From Balanoglossus misakiensis (Eukaryota > Animalia > Hemichordata): a stretch of DNA of 64,000 nt. The stretch spans positions 17,181,903 to 17,245,902 of the forward strand of contig CM082577.2 of NCBI GenBank assembly GCA_040954595.2, read 5' to 3'. Position numbers and translations under genes: made by a program. The notes under the pieces are model-generated. The model worked only from the letters and a program-made list of their open reading frames with translations, was not told where the DNA came from and searched no databases. Below, in pieces: positions 13,901-29,500 of the stretch (its first letter is position 1; every line of letters begins with the position of its first letter).

Positions 13901-16900
13901 GTAGCACACACGAAACAGGTGCGTCAATGGTCATTCGAACGCCTTGAAACGCCTCGTGACCTTATCCCGTTAATGCAAAGCTACAGTGTCAAATAACTAT
14001 ACCTGGGTGGAGTTGAAACCCGAGAGATCTATGAGGTTTTCCTGACGCCTGCTTATCATAGTCTCCCGTCTGTCCGGGAACTTCATCCTCAATTACCTGC
14101 CATGATTCATCATCATTTGGGGATGCGGTGGTTCCAATTGTTGTGCAGTTACAACGATCTAAACAGTCCACATCGGCTGAATCTAGGTTTGTCGTTGGAG
14201 AGAAAGAAGTAATTATTTTCGCTCAGCAGGTAATTTGACAATCGTTTACAATTGGCCAATCTTGGCACATGTTATATACGAGGCGCCCAGGTAACCTCGT
14301 ATAAATACCACAAGGTGGTAATAGTGCCTATACTTGATTAAAGTGAGTCGTGGGAATTTTAACAAATCGAATACTGCATTTATATATAAAAACAATCATA
14401 CGAGAACTGGGATATTTACCAAAACAACACGAGCAATCTCCTTCCGACTGTTCTCCATCATACAACATGGGATTTAAGTCGCCCACAACACCTTCTGGGC
14501 CATCCCAAAACACAACACTGGTTACAGCGCGTAACTCGGATGACGCAGCTTTAATTTCAAACTGCATAGAAATAAACAGAAGTAACCAAGATAACAGGAG
14601 ACACAAGTCAAAATGATAACATAGGTTCATTACTGGAATGGATAGAGTTTGAAGTTCCCTATTGGGTTTGTTACAAAATATAATTCCAATGTATCTACCA
14701 ATCATTTACTATTCAAACAATACAAACCATACGCCGCTGACTGCAATATTTACCTCATATGTGCCACCAATGCTTGTATCATAATCGTCGGTGTAGTATG
14801 CACCAGACAGCATCTGTTCAGTCTGAATATCACTCTTTAACTCAATGGACAGACCAGAGTCTGTAAAATACAGCTGGAAAATACAGTGATACAATTAATG
14901 CATTCAGTCTTTTATGTGCCTCTGTTCTTAAAACAGAAATAGCATTCTGTATTTTAAAATTCAACCATGTTCAGATGATACCGTTGTCTTGCAAAACGAC
15001 ATAAATTGTTAAATCCATTATGTATTTATTGCTGAACGGGTTTATTTTCCTGTACTACACTTTATTTACGCACAATTGTTACGTCTTGTTATGATGCTCT
15101 GCTTCAAATACCAGAGTCGCTCACCTTCACTACTCACAACACCAGCAACATATTGGTTACCTAACAGGTGAAATTACTTAATGATACAATCAACAATAAC
15201 AAAAACAACAAAAATAACAATAATGGTAATTATTATTATAATATTAACAACAATACGTAGTATGTAAAATAGTTACCTGATCTTGTTGGAACAAAATTCT
15301 GTATTCTTTTTCCAGTCCCCATACTCCCTTGGACTGCACATGATGCCAGCCTTCGTTTGGACCTTGACTGAAATTATAGACTTGTCCTGGACAGGCCTCG
15401 CCGTACCGATTTGGCTTGTGGATGAAAACACCTGGCGAGATGTTGAGAAAGAATGGTATTTACATACTTGACAAAGTGACAGTATTCGAAAATTCAAACC
15501 AAGAATTGTTGTCGTCATTAAAACAACCACACAATTCACCTTGCATTGTTGTGTTATCATGTTGATACTGCATATCCAGTCGGAAATTTGTTCCATCTTT
15601 AACCAATCCAACGGCTGGATCAACTGGATCGAGTAACAACGGCATAGACATTGTGGTCACCGTCAAGCCTGCACTGTTTGACGTCTTCAAGAGTACGAAG
15701 TATGGCCTGTCAACCTAAGTACAATAACAAGTAGTCTTAAATGCAATTCAGTAAAAATTACAAACGGTATCAATAAGCTCTTGAACAGGTGTGCGTAGTT
15801 TTGCTGTGTTGGGCATGATAATAAAATAAACATATTGGAATTATTTTGATATCTTGAACGATATTGTGGTAATCAGACTTTGCCTTCAACGTGTGAAGGT
15901 GTGACAACCCCCTCTAAATGGAATTAAGGAGTCATAACTTGTAACAATTATACTTTTCAGTCGGCTGCTACATCCATTCTTAGGAATTGGGATTCACTAA
16001 ACATACGGAAGCCCAATAATTTCGTTTTTAATGAAATCAAACGGTTGCAATATAAGTTTCTTCACGTTGTAACCAGCTAAATAACTTTGGCCATACCTCA
16101 AGCTTCAGTCCATGGAAGATGTATGAAGATGTCGTGAATGGGACATCTTCATAATCAAAGAGAATTTGTTGGGTTTGAGTTCCACTGCAATCGACGCCAT
16201 CAAGTAATGATACGGAGTATAGATTGATTCCGCTCTCATCATCATAAAATCCTGACCATGACACTTCGAACGAGTCTTCTCTGTACACATAGGCAACTCG
16301 CTGTGCAGAGAAAAAAGTACAATTTCACATCATTTTCTTGTATAAAATGAGTCATGTGTTTGTCTTCAAAATTTATAATATAACATTTTGTTTCACAGAC
16401 TAATGTATTCAATTTAACGCTAACGTCGTAACAAGCGTTTTCTTTAGCTGTGAGTATATTTAGACGTCTGCCCACAATGCCAGTTTGTTCAATACATTGT
16501 TGGCATGATTCCAATAAATTAAAACCATAGAAATGTTTCTAGTTTTTAAGAGCCACACAATACCTCGTCGTGGAATGCACCAATGAATATAGTCCCTTCT
16601 TCGGGAGGCGTAACATCAACCGTTGTATTCGCGGAAGCAACTGAACAGGTAGCTGACTCGTCGTAAGCGATGGCTACGACCGTGTACGTCATCTTGTCCA
16701 ACAGCGCAAGTCCGGTTTCAACAACCATGGTGTTGTCACGCACGTCAGTTAAGGGGTAAATATCAAACAGCGCCTGGATGTCCTCGGAAGGGTTTTGCTG
16801 GTTAAATACACAAAAGATTGCTCCTAAATTTCAAATAATCACAGTGCTTCTGAAGAAAGATTATTCAATTCACCTGTTCATTTCGTATGGACAATGTAAA

Positions 16901-19900
16901 CATCTGGCGGAAAATAGTTGCAGGTATTATGAAGACCAATCCATTTAAAATCAATATGTTGAAGTTGCTATTGATTTGGCAAGTATAAACCTATGATTCC
17001 AAATCTCATTTATGCGAATTGTGGTACTTCTGCATGTTTCCACTAGCATTTGCCACAACTATCACCACCGTTATTATCATTTCCATCGCCATTATCACTG
17101 TCTTAGCGCCAATACCACCACCACCAGTAGTAAAAACATTAACTTACCAACTCACTACATGGGATATTTTCCAGACTCTTTCCGGCAGTCATCATTCCCC
17201 ATTGATAGAAATATATTGGCAGTCCAAATTCAAAACCGTCCCACGATGCACTAATGTTGCTTGTTGATGACATGTACCTGCACGCATCAAACATTATTAG
17301 AACAATTTCCACTTTTAAATCCAATTACAGCTGTACAGGTATCGTCTGGTATGTTGCTTGGATTTGAAAGGCATGGGTTTAAAGTTATATATATAGCCAC
17401 ATAAACCACTTTAACATATAGTTTCAGCAAACCACCCAACTTTTAGCTGCTTAGGTTTATCTCATCAAAATGTCACATTGCTGTGGTCCAGTCGTATTGA
17501 ACATTTTTAGGGTACATTTGTTAATCGACCAAAGAGGAGTGATGCTCTATAAACAACTTCGTCCCGATTATGGCATGTTGTATACATGGGTTTGTTTAAT
17601 TTCTATTTGGTCTATATATAGCAGCACATGTAAATACTACGACAACACCACGTCAACACTTATTGGCAATCAATTCATACCTGGAGACAGTGACCTCTCC
17701 TGGATTGATTACTTCACCACCATAACCCGGAACAATGCCGTTAGATGATACCTCTGTCATTGCACTGGACAATGCATACGCCCTCACCGTTATGTAATAG
17801 GTAACTGTCTTCGGGACGAGGTTGAGGTCGAGAAATGTGTGTGAGGTGTTCAGGCCTACGTTCTCAAAATGGCAGATATTGTCTCTCGTGTTTGGATACC
17901 GTAAATCTGTACCAGCCGCCACTTCATAATGGTGAATTTCTTGGTTGTCTCCTACGCGACAAAAATGTTAACTGCCATGTTAGATGGTATTAATGTTTTC
18001 TCGGGAAAATGTGCATGCACCAACATCAATCATGTTTTAAAAGTGGACCAAGAAGGTGTGGTTAAAATACAACACATACAAACTGTAAAAACAGCCATCA
18101 ATATATTGTTGGATCACACAAGAAAACCAATGTTCTACAAGTCTCAATCGTTACCCTTACATTAACTGAGCAAATGATAATAATTAACACTATCAACACA
18201 TGTTTAACAATTCATACATTGCAGACTGCACAATAATGAAATTTTATAGATATGTCTCTGTGTTAAATGAAGAGACATTTTTCATTTACATATCATATAT
18301 TTACGTTGCTTAATTAACAATAATATCCAATAATGACCTGATTGTCCAAAACCATCCCAGTTTGCTGCGAGAACGGTGACAGGAGTTTGATAGTTCAAGT
18401 CGAGGCCGATAATGTGACCATCTCTAACATGTCCTGGATAAAGGGGTTCGACAGCCACGGTAAATCCGTCGGATCTCACAGAATGCACGTATCCCAGATA
18501 ATTGGTTGCCTTGACGACGATGTAATAAGACTCTCCATCGTGCATGTGAAAACCATCCGAGGTTGCATCCCTTCTGCCTGAAATTGAAAATTAAATGATT
18601 TAAAGTTATCGACGCAATACACGGACAAAGTTTCGTCGAGTGATGGCGCTCATAACCAATGGCCACAGCCAACAGAAGAGCGTGCCGACAAGAAGCAACA
18701 TTTCTGTCTTCAGCCTAAAATACAAATGAACTTCATCTGACGATAATGCATCGGAATTGATCGCCTTTAAAGTTGCAAAGTCACTTTGCGGGGTTCTTAT
18801 ATTCGATTTTTGACTTACCTTCTGGTACTTCTGTCATGGGCTGCACCTCAGTTTCATCAAATCGTATGATTGACCATTCATATCTGGCAATTGGACATGG
18901 GTCGCCCTCAAAATTCCACTGCCCACTTATCTGACTCGTGTCATCCTGGAAGTCTCTGTAAGGGGGATAGGAGAAACCACGGGAGATAATTGTGTTTGCA
19001 TGGCTATTAGGAAGAGAACAAAAACAACACGAATATTGATATTTAACACAGAACACCTACATGTCGTCGAGTTGCAGTCCGTCCCAAACGTAGATGTCGC
19101 CGAGTGGTGGCAGACCAGAACTGATGCGACTAATGAACACACCGTTTGAAGAAGCGGTTGTAGACAGACCAACTTGGTTAAAACCTCTGACAACAGCAAA
19201 TACTTGTGCCACGTGAGCCAGGTTAAGACCGTTGATGGTGATCGTCAGATCTTCACTTGCAGAAACATCTTGGAAATCTAACACCTGGGTTCCTCCAGGG
19301 GTTGTGCCCAGGCCAATCTTGTACCTGAAACGACACAGTATTCAACGAAGTGTACTCTATACTCCATGGCGCTTACACATGAGTAGATAATAGTAGTTGT
19401 CAACATTTTACTATATGTTTATTGTTTCGATATATTGTTGCTACTCACTTTGTCCATCCGCACAAACTCAACAACAAGCCACATATAATGTATAACGTAC
19501 CTTACGATTGGCGATTCGGGGTCATGGAAAGGCTGCCATGATACAGAGATAGAGGTCAGCGACTTCTGACAAACGGCATCCATCGAGTTGCATTCTACAA
19601 CAGAATGAAAATGCACCAAATGGTTTGGAAAAACATAACATAAATTTTCTAGAATTTCATTATTGAAATGCACAAGAATCACGTACTTCACCAACGGAAG
19701 ACATAAATTATTCCCGCCACGTATCAGACTGCGCCTCACCTTCCTCGGTGTCACAGGTGTACTTGACGTCATCTTCCACGGAAGACACGTTCTTTTCGTA
19801 GATGTTGTCGAGTTCAATCACACGGCCAGCAATAGGCGATGTGAAGTCTGCAAGTACGGCTTGCGAGTAGGCTTTGGTTTCATATCCAGCGCCATTCACA

Positions 19901-22900
19901 GCGATGACAGTGGCGTAATATTTCGTAGAATGAACCAGCGCATTGACGAAATCTGTCGAAATAAGAGTAGTGCTTTTTAAAAATGGGAAATTTTATATTA
20001 CCGTAGTCTGTACGTACACCTCTACCCCTAATCGCTGCACTATTACATGTACATCTCCAGAAAACCCCATACAACATCATTAAGATAACGGTCATATGGT
20101 CAGTGGATCTGTAATGTTTTGTGCGAAAACGCAAAAACCACCTGTTTGACGTAAACGTCCAACGTCAGTCACCACAAAATGCCCTAGTAAAGGGCATACA
20201 TGAAAAAGAAGGCAGACAAAATTCTGTCTTTTTGCTGGTTAACTATGATATTCAATGAACGTGACAATTTATTAATCTAAGAAATGACCTGTCTGCAACA
20301 GTGATGTACTTATTTAACTCGTACACATACCGTTGTCTTGTAGTTTAAGATTTATTCCATAAATAATACTAGGAAAGGAAACAAATCTATGGCTGGAAAA
20401 CAGGAAAAACTGTAGAGGCGCTTGTAAAATATGAAACAGACTACTTACCCTTTGCAGTATGGTGGGTATAATAATAGGGAAGTGTTGTGAAAGGATACAG
20501 GCTGTCGTCACCCTCTTCAAGTCCAATGCCAAACTTGAAATTCATAATGTTGCTCTCGGAATCGTAGAAATTTGTCCAGAAGCACGTGATCTCATTTACA
20601 TCTCCGATGTACAATGGACAATCAACGATGCCGTCAACGGGTGGACTGGTATCGACGGCCACAGTGCCAGACGACATTCGACTCCAAAGTCCAGCCTGTA
20701 TGCAATTTACGTATGAGACATTGTATTGTTGGCGCTTTGTTTCCCCTTATAAGTTTATGTGTTGGGAAAAAAGAACAATCTGACAGAACCGATGACCCTA
20801 TGCTTACGAAGTCCTATGTTTTGAAAAATAAATGATCACATTTTGTTTTGCTATTATATGACTGGTGTTTCAGAATACCATTTACATGGAAACAATTCCG
20901 ATGTCGGTACATTCGTTGTAATTTCATGAAAGACACGTAGATTTACAGATCACATACAGATTTGCTTAGGTACTTACTTCATTTTGAGTGCTAATCAAGA
21001 GTACATTAGGCTGGCCCATTTGGGATGGTGTAACAAGCGCGTTCGGGACAGTTGATCTGTACGTTGTTTCTGTACAATTAAATACATCATGAGCTCCTGG
21101 GTAACTTCCGAAGCAAAACTCGGTGAAGTGAACATCGCTTTCTTCTTCTGCAATGGTCCATTCAGCTGTGATTGTGTCTCCTGAGTCCTACAAAACAGAT
21201 TTTATGATACAACTTTAGTATTTCGAAGAACAGTGTACGATACACCCCAGTACACACTAAACTAATTAAAACTTGAGCGGTGACGCAAATATCTGACACC
21301 ATATCGCCTAACAAAGTATACAATCCGGTACAAGTAATACAAATAACACAGACCACCACCTCAAGACCAAGACCACCACCACCATTAACCCCTCATCCAT
21401 AGCCTGCCATAATCTCAGTGTACCGGGACTCACCTGATAACAAGTGTCACCCATGTTTGTGCACGTTTTGTTTTCCGTGTTGGCGACACCAACAGACACG
21501 AGGTCAACATCAGGTTTAGTTGTATCAACAGTGATACCATTTGACACAGATTCCAAGACGTTGCCAGCTCCAGTGATAGCTCGTACGGTAACATAGTATT
21601 TAACGCCCTGGTTGAGTGTCAGTAAAGACTGGGCTTTTCCAGCACCGCTCAGTCCTGGTGAGGGAAGAGAAACGGTTATCCATACGATACCAGAAACTAA
21701 TGTTCCCGGTTATCCTAGATTATATAGTTATTGAACCGCGCACGTTTATAGCTAAGATTGACCAAGAGGTAATAGAAACTATAGCAAATCAAACTCAAAG
21801 CAAAAATGTTTATCTTGAGGGTCAATGACGACAACAATTATACGTTTTAAATCTCCATTAGCTGTATATTTTCGCTATGTTAAAGCTTTTTCGTTTTGTG
21901 TATGTACTGCAGTTATATGTCAACTAACTGAAACATGATGAAATGTCCAGTATTTAGCTTATCACCACGACATATATCTGTTCAGTCAGTATTGTTATTG
22001 TACCAAATTTGAATTTAGGTCCAGACTAAAATTTCACTTGTCAACAACAATGGCCGTTACACACATACAGGCTAAATTGACAAGTAAAATACTGGGTACA
22101 TTACTGTTTGGAGTAGAACAAGACATTTCATTTGGTACACAGAACACAAAAACTGAAATTAAGGCCAAAGATTACAGCTTTTCTGTTAACGTCTTTTTTT
22201 TAAAGTTGGCATTTTGCAATAAGTTTCGGTTTGCCTCGCTAAAGTTAAGCGTTTTTAACTGCTGGCCTTGTGCTCTAAGTGAGTCACCCCTTCGTCTAAA
22301 ATATCTGCTAACAAGACTGACTTACCGTCACCCGGATTATCAGCGCCCGGTGCAACAACTATTCCGGCCCGAATGAATGGTTGGATGCCGTCACCACGAG
22401 GTTCGGTACCAATTGCCCATTCATATTTTACAATACCATGCATATAGCTTTCAAATCCTGAGAAATGGGCTGTTATCAGGGTTGCTTCTATCTGGTAGTC
22501 TTTGTCTCCTGCTAGTGTTCCATCATCTCTCGTATCAGGTTCTGCTCCATCAATCACTATACCTATCTTGTCACCGGGGACAACCTTGATAGGACTACAT
22601 ACAAAACGAATAAAATGGAACGGCTGACAAACACTGTGTTACAGAGGAGATTAGGTTTTCTCGTGGAATAGAAATGTGTTAAGAATCCGGAAAAAAACAT
22701 CTGCCAGAGAATTATTTAATGTGTGCAGAAACAGGGAAGAAGAGATTTAATGATAAGTGCCCACGGCGACCATATGCCCTTTCCTTATTGAAATATGTCT
22801 ATTGCGGGACAGAAGTGTACATGTTCCTTGGCTTTTAAAATTACTAGTTCAATAGAGCTAGAACCAGTGATCATGCGATTCTATTAAATCTGCCAAAGGA

Positions 22901-25900
22901 GCTTATAAGTCTAGCATTGACTTAACATAGTTATGCTCACATTGGAATAGAGGTTCGATCCCAAACCGGTTCCAAATCACCTAAAACGAAAAATTACACC
23001 AACCTTGAAACTGTACTATCTGAAAACTGACTGGCACCATTTTCAGCCTTAACGGTAACATAATAAATCGGTCCACTTGTTTCTTCGTCGAAATATTCCA
23101 GTGTAAGTCCGTCAATATAGCCACCTGCTGTTGACCCCATGTTGCGAAATTTGTTGACATCTGTTTCTCCACCTGAATTAAGCAGTCATGTAGAAATGAG
23201 AGAAATGACATCATAAGAACATAATGCACATAAAACACATGTGTAACGCACAAGGCACCAAAGGCTTTGTCAAACTGCCCCCGACAAGAGTAATTAAGAA
23301 ATGTTCAAGTGTCATAACCTACTTTGCATTTATTACTCAGTAGTGGGACAGCTAAAACAAACCATGGACTATAATGGTAATGCATTTATAAAACGTATGG
23401 CTTTGTCAGATATCAGAGCTTTCATAAGACATATAATATGTTATGAAACGTTATTATCTGAATGTATTCCGATAGTGACAATCCGTTAACCTATGTATGT
23501 CTAACTTCTAGAGCGTACCTGGGGATGTACCAACAGCCACAAGGTAAGATTTTACTTGGCTTTCGTAATCAAGGCCATACCAATAGGCTGTTATTCCATA
23601 CTCGTCGGTTTGCAACACATAGCCATCAATCAGCTCTTCCGTTGCGGAGGCCATGTTACCGATAGTCAACGTTTGCATCTGTAGATAAATTGACATCATA
23701 TATTTATTTCTAATCATTGATTCGTATCAATGTGTACATGTTGTGTTGGTATACCTTAATGATCTTTCTCGGTTAAAGGCATAATGTTAGCAGAGAATCA
23801 AAAAGTGGTTTCGGTGCGCTGAGGGTAGCTATAGACATGTGAATACATACCTTGATGTGCTATGTACCGAAATAATGTACTAATCTGTGTAACAACTGTT
23901 ACTCTGCTTGGAACGCTAACTTTTCTCAAAGTTAGACCTCTACAGTCATCGAGCATTACCAAAATCAACTTACCTCCGGCGGAGTGGAATCGACGATGAC
24001 GCCATCAGTGTCCTGGACATTGGAAAGTCCAGCTTTATTGATTGCAGCCACACGGACATTGTAATTTCCACCGTCCTTGAGAGCCAACGCCGGAGAAGTC
24101 CAGGACGCTTGATCGCCGTCAACAATTTCCCAGCCGCTACGAAGAAATTTCAGTATTGAGTGTGAAATAAAAATCAGAACATTGATGATGCTATGTCAGT
24201 GTAATTGAAACGGGTTTACTTTGATTTATTATAATTATGAGTTGTTGTTTTTGTCTGTTGTTACCTTACATTAAAAACCTGTGAATAAAAAACACTACCT
24301 CTCGTCAGGATGAATTTGTTTCTTTGTACCGCCATACTTTTCATAAACCGCTACTTCGTAATGGTCCACACCCGATTCGGGGTCTTCGAAATCCCAATTC
24401 GCTGAAAGTTCCGTTTTACTAGACTAAAGTAAAACCATATAGAATAAAAAAGTCATTCCCTATCTGGTAACTGTATATTGCTTAAGTTGTCTTTTAATAT
24501 TTAAGCACAGAAAAAAATCGCTATGCAATACTTGGTACATTGAGATAAATTAATTGTTTTGTAAGCATATGAACTCCGATATATCCTTGGCCCCTTTGTA
24601 AAGTGAATGGACTTCGTCAATTGAATGTTGTTGTGGATGGTAATTACCGTGTATTGTGCATCCTCTCCGGATGCGAGACCATCGCCCAGATAGTTCATCA
24701 CCGCTGCACTTGTGTCCAACAGAAATCCATCGGTGGAGGCTGAAACGGTTGACCCGGCTCCGTTCATCGCCTGAAGTTCCGTAAAGACGACATCGCCCTC
24801 TTTGAGATGAAAGTGATTCCAACTGAAGGAAGAGGTATCACCTGGTAGTGACACTGTGTCTTGAATGACTTCCCAATCAGCGCTGATGGATCCTGTGGAA
24901 AATAGGGTTAGGTTTAATGACTAAGTGCCCATCGAGTTGCCATCACTTTTATAGAACGTCTTGTGAAGAATTTTTAAAAGCAATAATTTACATTCATAGA
25001 TGTATGCTACATTATAGGCAAATGTTTTTCAAACTGCCAGATTCTCAGTGAGAAATATTAATTGAATGATGTTTGTCAGAAGAGAGATGTCGATGCTACA
25101 CAATAGGTTTGGTCGTAACCAACGTGCCCTTTAGGCAACAACTACTTCGAGCTTTGGTTCACAAGAATGAATTCGAAGTTATTTTAAGAGTGTATAAACC
25201 TGACGCGAGAGAACTTTATGTATCAGATATGTAGACAAGGGAATACAGGGAATACAGGTACACAAAGTGGAACACTCATACACAAACGTGGACATGCATA
25301 CCTTTTCTAAAAATTGTAACGGCGAACTCTGCAATATTCGACTCGGGATCTTCATAATTACCCCACGCCGCAGAAACTGTTGCAGGAGCTGACGAATAAA
25401 CCATGTCTTCATCGGGGTCAAGACCATCATGCACCCACCCCGTCACAGGACCCGTCGCGTCATAAAGAACTATAGTAAAAACAATAATAGTACTATGTCT
25501 CAACGGCATAAACTATTCCATTTCCGCAAATCACTGCACTTTTGTAGAGTAGCATTTCAATATGCTGTGCTGGGTGATTGAAGAACTCAGAGAACGGGAG
25601 TCATTTCCACCAGAACCACTTTGATTTCTGAAACTAATGGTCACTCAACAGATATAATGTCCTGCACTGAATTGCATACCGTTATAAAATTTGTCAGTCT
25701 TTATCTCATATATATGAACTTCAACTAATCGCTGCACACACTGAAGTCATCGAAATAACACGAGCATATGAACAAGTAACTTGATACAATAAATCGCCTA
25801 AGATTATATATATACTTGCCTCCATTTGATGACGCTGTGGTATTCAGTATTTTATGACCACCATTAAATGCTAACAAGGTCGAGTAGTAAGTTGTATTGT

Positions 25901-26400
25901 GAACGAGGTTCACGCTGTTATCGCACATTTTGAAAATGTCCGCAGAGATCATCTGGAAGGGACTAATATCCTGGCTGTACGGACTCGTTCCAACAGCCCA
26001 TTCGTACCAAACTGCAACAAAATGTACACAAATATTAGACTGATTTCTTTTAAATACCAAAATACGATGAACGTTTTAAAAATTGCAGGAACACATACTA
26101 ATGCCGCTCTGGTCGTCGTAGAAATTCTGCCAGTTAGCACATATCTCATCGGGTCTGTTCTGATAATTGACGTCGATCCCCTGCAGATTTCCATCCAACA
26201 GTTCGCCCGCTATCGGTGGACTTGAATCGACAGTGAGAGGTGGACTCGCGTGGCCGACTTCCGACAGGTCAACTACAGAACAAAACGTTTAGAAACGTTA
26301 AATTTAACAGCCCGAAGTATTTAAGCCAGTGAACGAAATATAACTCAATCTCTCTCTATCCCCATCTCTCTCTGTCACATTCTATCTATCTATCTATCTT

Positions 26401-26485
<85 letters not shown>

Positions 26486-26491
26486 TATTGT

Positions 26492-26522
<31 letters not shown>

Positions 26523-29500
26523 AGTCCAATCACCAACACAAATCCATCCATCCCTTAAAGATGAAATCTCCTGTGTGTAATAACTCTTTGTCTCCAGTTT
26601 AAAATGCTAATACAAGTACGATGCAGTCATTCGGGTCCCTTTCACAGTAGATTTAAATTTCTAACATGCCACTCACCGTTGTTCCAAGCTCTTATTCTGA
26701 TCCAAGTAGATACGCCATCGGGAATGCAGAACTCTTGTGTCAGATAGTCAAGGCTGTCATGACGTGCCCACTCCATCACATAGACATCCCTCGTACTCAA
26801 ACCGTAGCCGACGTCAACCTCCCGTATAAGTGACAGAGGGTCACTACATAAACATAATCGGTAAGTTGAAAGAGTTTGCGTCCAGAATGTATAAGGGCCT
26901 GGTCAAATTAACAGGGGGTGGGGGAAGGCCGGTGCGATTCAAAATCCGCATGCATGAAAAATACTGACCCTCCACCGATTTCTTGCACAAAAAAATGCTG
27001 ACCCTCCCCCTTCTCCATGAACAAAATCAAGTGACCCTCCCCACAATATCCGATGATTCATTCTGATTTGTACAATCAGATATTACTCAGTCAAACCAGG
27101 CAAAGTTCACATGTGTACAGAAAATTGTAGACCACTATTAAATACACCTCAGTTAGATGTTGCTTGTTTCCTCCAAAGTGTGACATTTGCAGTACATGAA
27201 TACTTTGATTCCTATGACTTTTAAATATTGATTTTGAAATTTTCACTCTAATTCCTCAACATACTTTTCCTAGATAAATACAGTTATATGTACTTCATAT
27301 CATTGTTAGTATCTAAAACAGAAAAAGTTATCAAATGGACAACCTCGATGATACAAATCATGGAGAATTGTGGGTAAAATATCGTACTGTGCTCCCCTTC
27401 CCTTAAGAAATTAGGGTTAGGGTTAGGGTTAGGGTTAGGGTATTTAAGATCACATACTGGTACATGTGTATGTTTTGTGAGTTGTGTGATGTATTTAGTA
27501 CAAGGGATGTCAATACATCCATACAGGAGTGCCTATATGAGCGCAAGTCTCTTTTCAGGATTTCTCTGTAACACTTCAAATTTTTGACATTATCGGTGTC
27601 ATCCTTGCACAAAAATTAGTGACCCTCCCCTTGACAAGTGCCCAAAATGTAGCGGCCCTCCCCCAAACCGTTGCATGAGAAATGGTGACCCTCCCCCCAA
27701 TCGCACCGGCCTTCCCCCCACCCCCCTGTTAATTCTGACCAGGCCCTAATAAAACTGAAACGTGTCCTGTCGGGGGAGGGGCATGTTTCTTGTTACAATA
27801 GTACAACCACAGCCCCCAAAGGTCAATGGCGTAGAAATAATGCTTTGGTGCTTCTTAGAAATTATACTTAGCTAAGTGAATGCAATACAAAAATGATGCT
27901 TCAGCAATACCTTTTGACAAAAATGCGGAGGTGAGCGCGCCGTTAGTTCTAGGGAAAGAATTATTTTATATAATATTTCCTTCGTCGACAGAGCTTTATT
28001 TGTTGGATATCATTACCTAAGAGTTAGATTTTGATGTAAAATCGACATCATCGCAACAAAACAAAAACAGCAACAACAATTATCATCATCATCATCATCA
28101 TCATCCACATTAATACTACATTTAGAAATTGAATGAGTACTATACCTGACATTGTAACTAACTGTTAAGATGCAAGTTAGTTCATCATACTCGACATCAT
28201 ATACCGCATGTACGAAGGGAGGAGTCGTGTCGATTGTGTAAGTTGTCGAATGACATACTGTGGTCGCCATAGGTCCACCAAATTGTACCTTGTTCAATGC
28301 TCGCACCGTGATGTGATAATGGCCATCTGTGCAATAGAACTTTGAAGCTTAGGAATCTGCATGAATGCCCTGCGCTATGGTCAATCCCGAGCCAGTCAAT
28401 TGGCCAACCAATTTTGCAATTAATTTTACCTGCCATGCAAATCTACTAAACTATTGGACTAGTACTGACATTTGTGAATATACCAGGTGATTTTTGTTTT
28501 GTTTCTTTGCCTGATTTTAGTTGTAGTCTATTAGTTTTAAAAATACATGTCATACGTATGCGACTGGGTAGCCTCAGTAATCTGCAAACAGGGATGTAAT
28601 CATGATACAGTTACGAAAACAAGAGCACCAAATAGTAAGTTCTCTGAAAAAAATGACTCACCAGGAAGAACAATTGAGGCTACACCTTCGTGTGTCCACT
28701 CGCTTTCGTAGTAGATATGCGCATGTGGGTCTTCATGTCCATAAATGTTATCCACACAAGTGTCATTTCCAACAGACCACGTATACCCATAAATGCCAGT
28801 TTCGTTGTCAAGGAAACCATCCCAATTAGCTTGAACAAAACAATTATTTTATAAATGGAAGACGTAATGTGAAATATATTAATCGCCTCGAATACGAATG
28901 CAGTATGGACGAATTTAATGAATACCAAGCCAGTATGGATATCAAGACTTACCTGATATATAAGTATATGCTCTTGTGTATTCAAGGTCTACGAAGTCAT
29001 CGTGTCCGTTAAAAACTGTAGCTGATCCTGGGCCATCGATAATTGTCCTATAACAAAAAAGTATTCACTGGGTGGTGTGACAACTGTCGACCCCACTCCC
29101 CCCCCCCAAAAAAAAAAACAACAACAACAACAACACACACGATCGTCAACATCATGTTCAATAAAGCATGTTGATTGTTTTCTTATCACCCCCGAATTAT
29201 GTTATTTGTTCTTTTCGTGATTGCATTTAGCACTCACCTGTGATTTGGTAGGGGCGTCTCCTCGACACATCTTGACTCCCACTTGCCATGGACATAGTCG
29301 GTGCATGTTTCATGTAATGTCTCGTCGTATTCTTCATTGAGTATTAAACCAGTGGACGGCGGGGTAAAATCTGCCAGTATGCCATCGGACGACAGAATTG
29401 ATTCATAGCCTGTCAATGAGTGATTGGGTGAGTGAGAGGCATAAATTGAAACATAGATGTATAGATTCGCCCTTCAGGCTTTGGTGTGAAAAACATTAAC

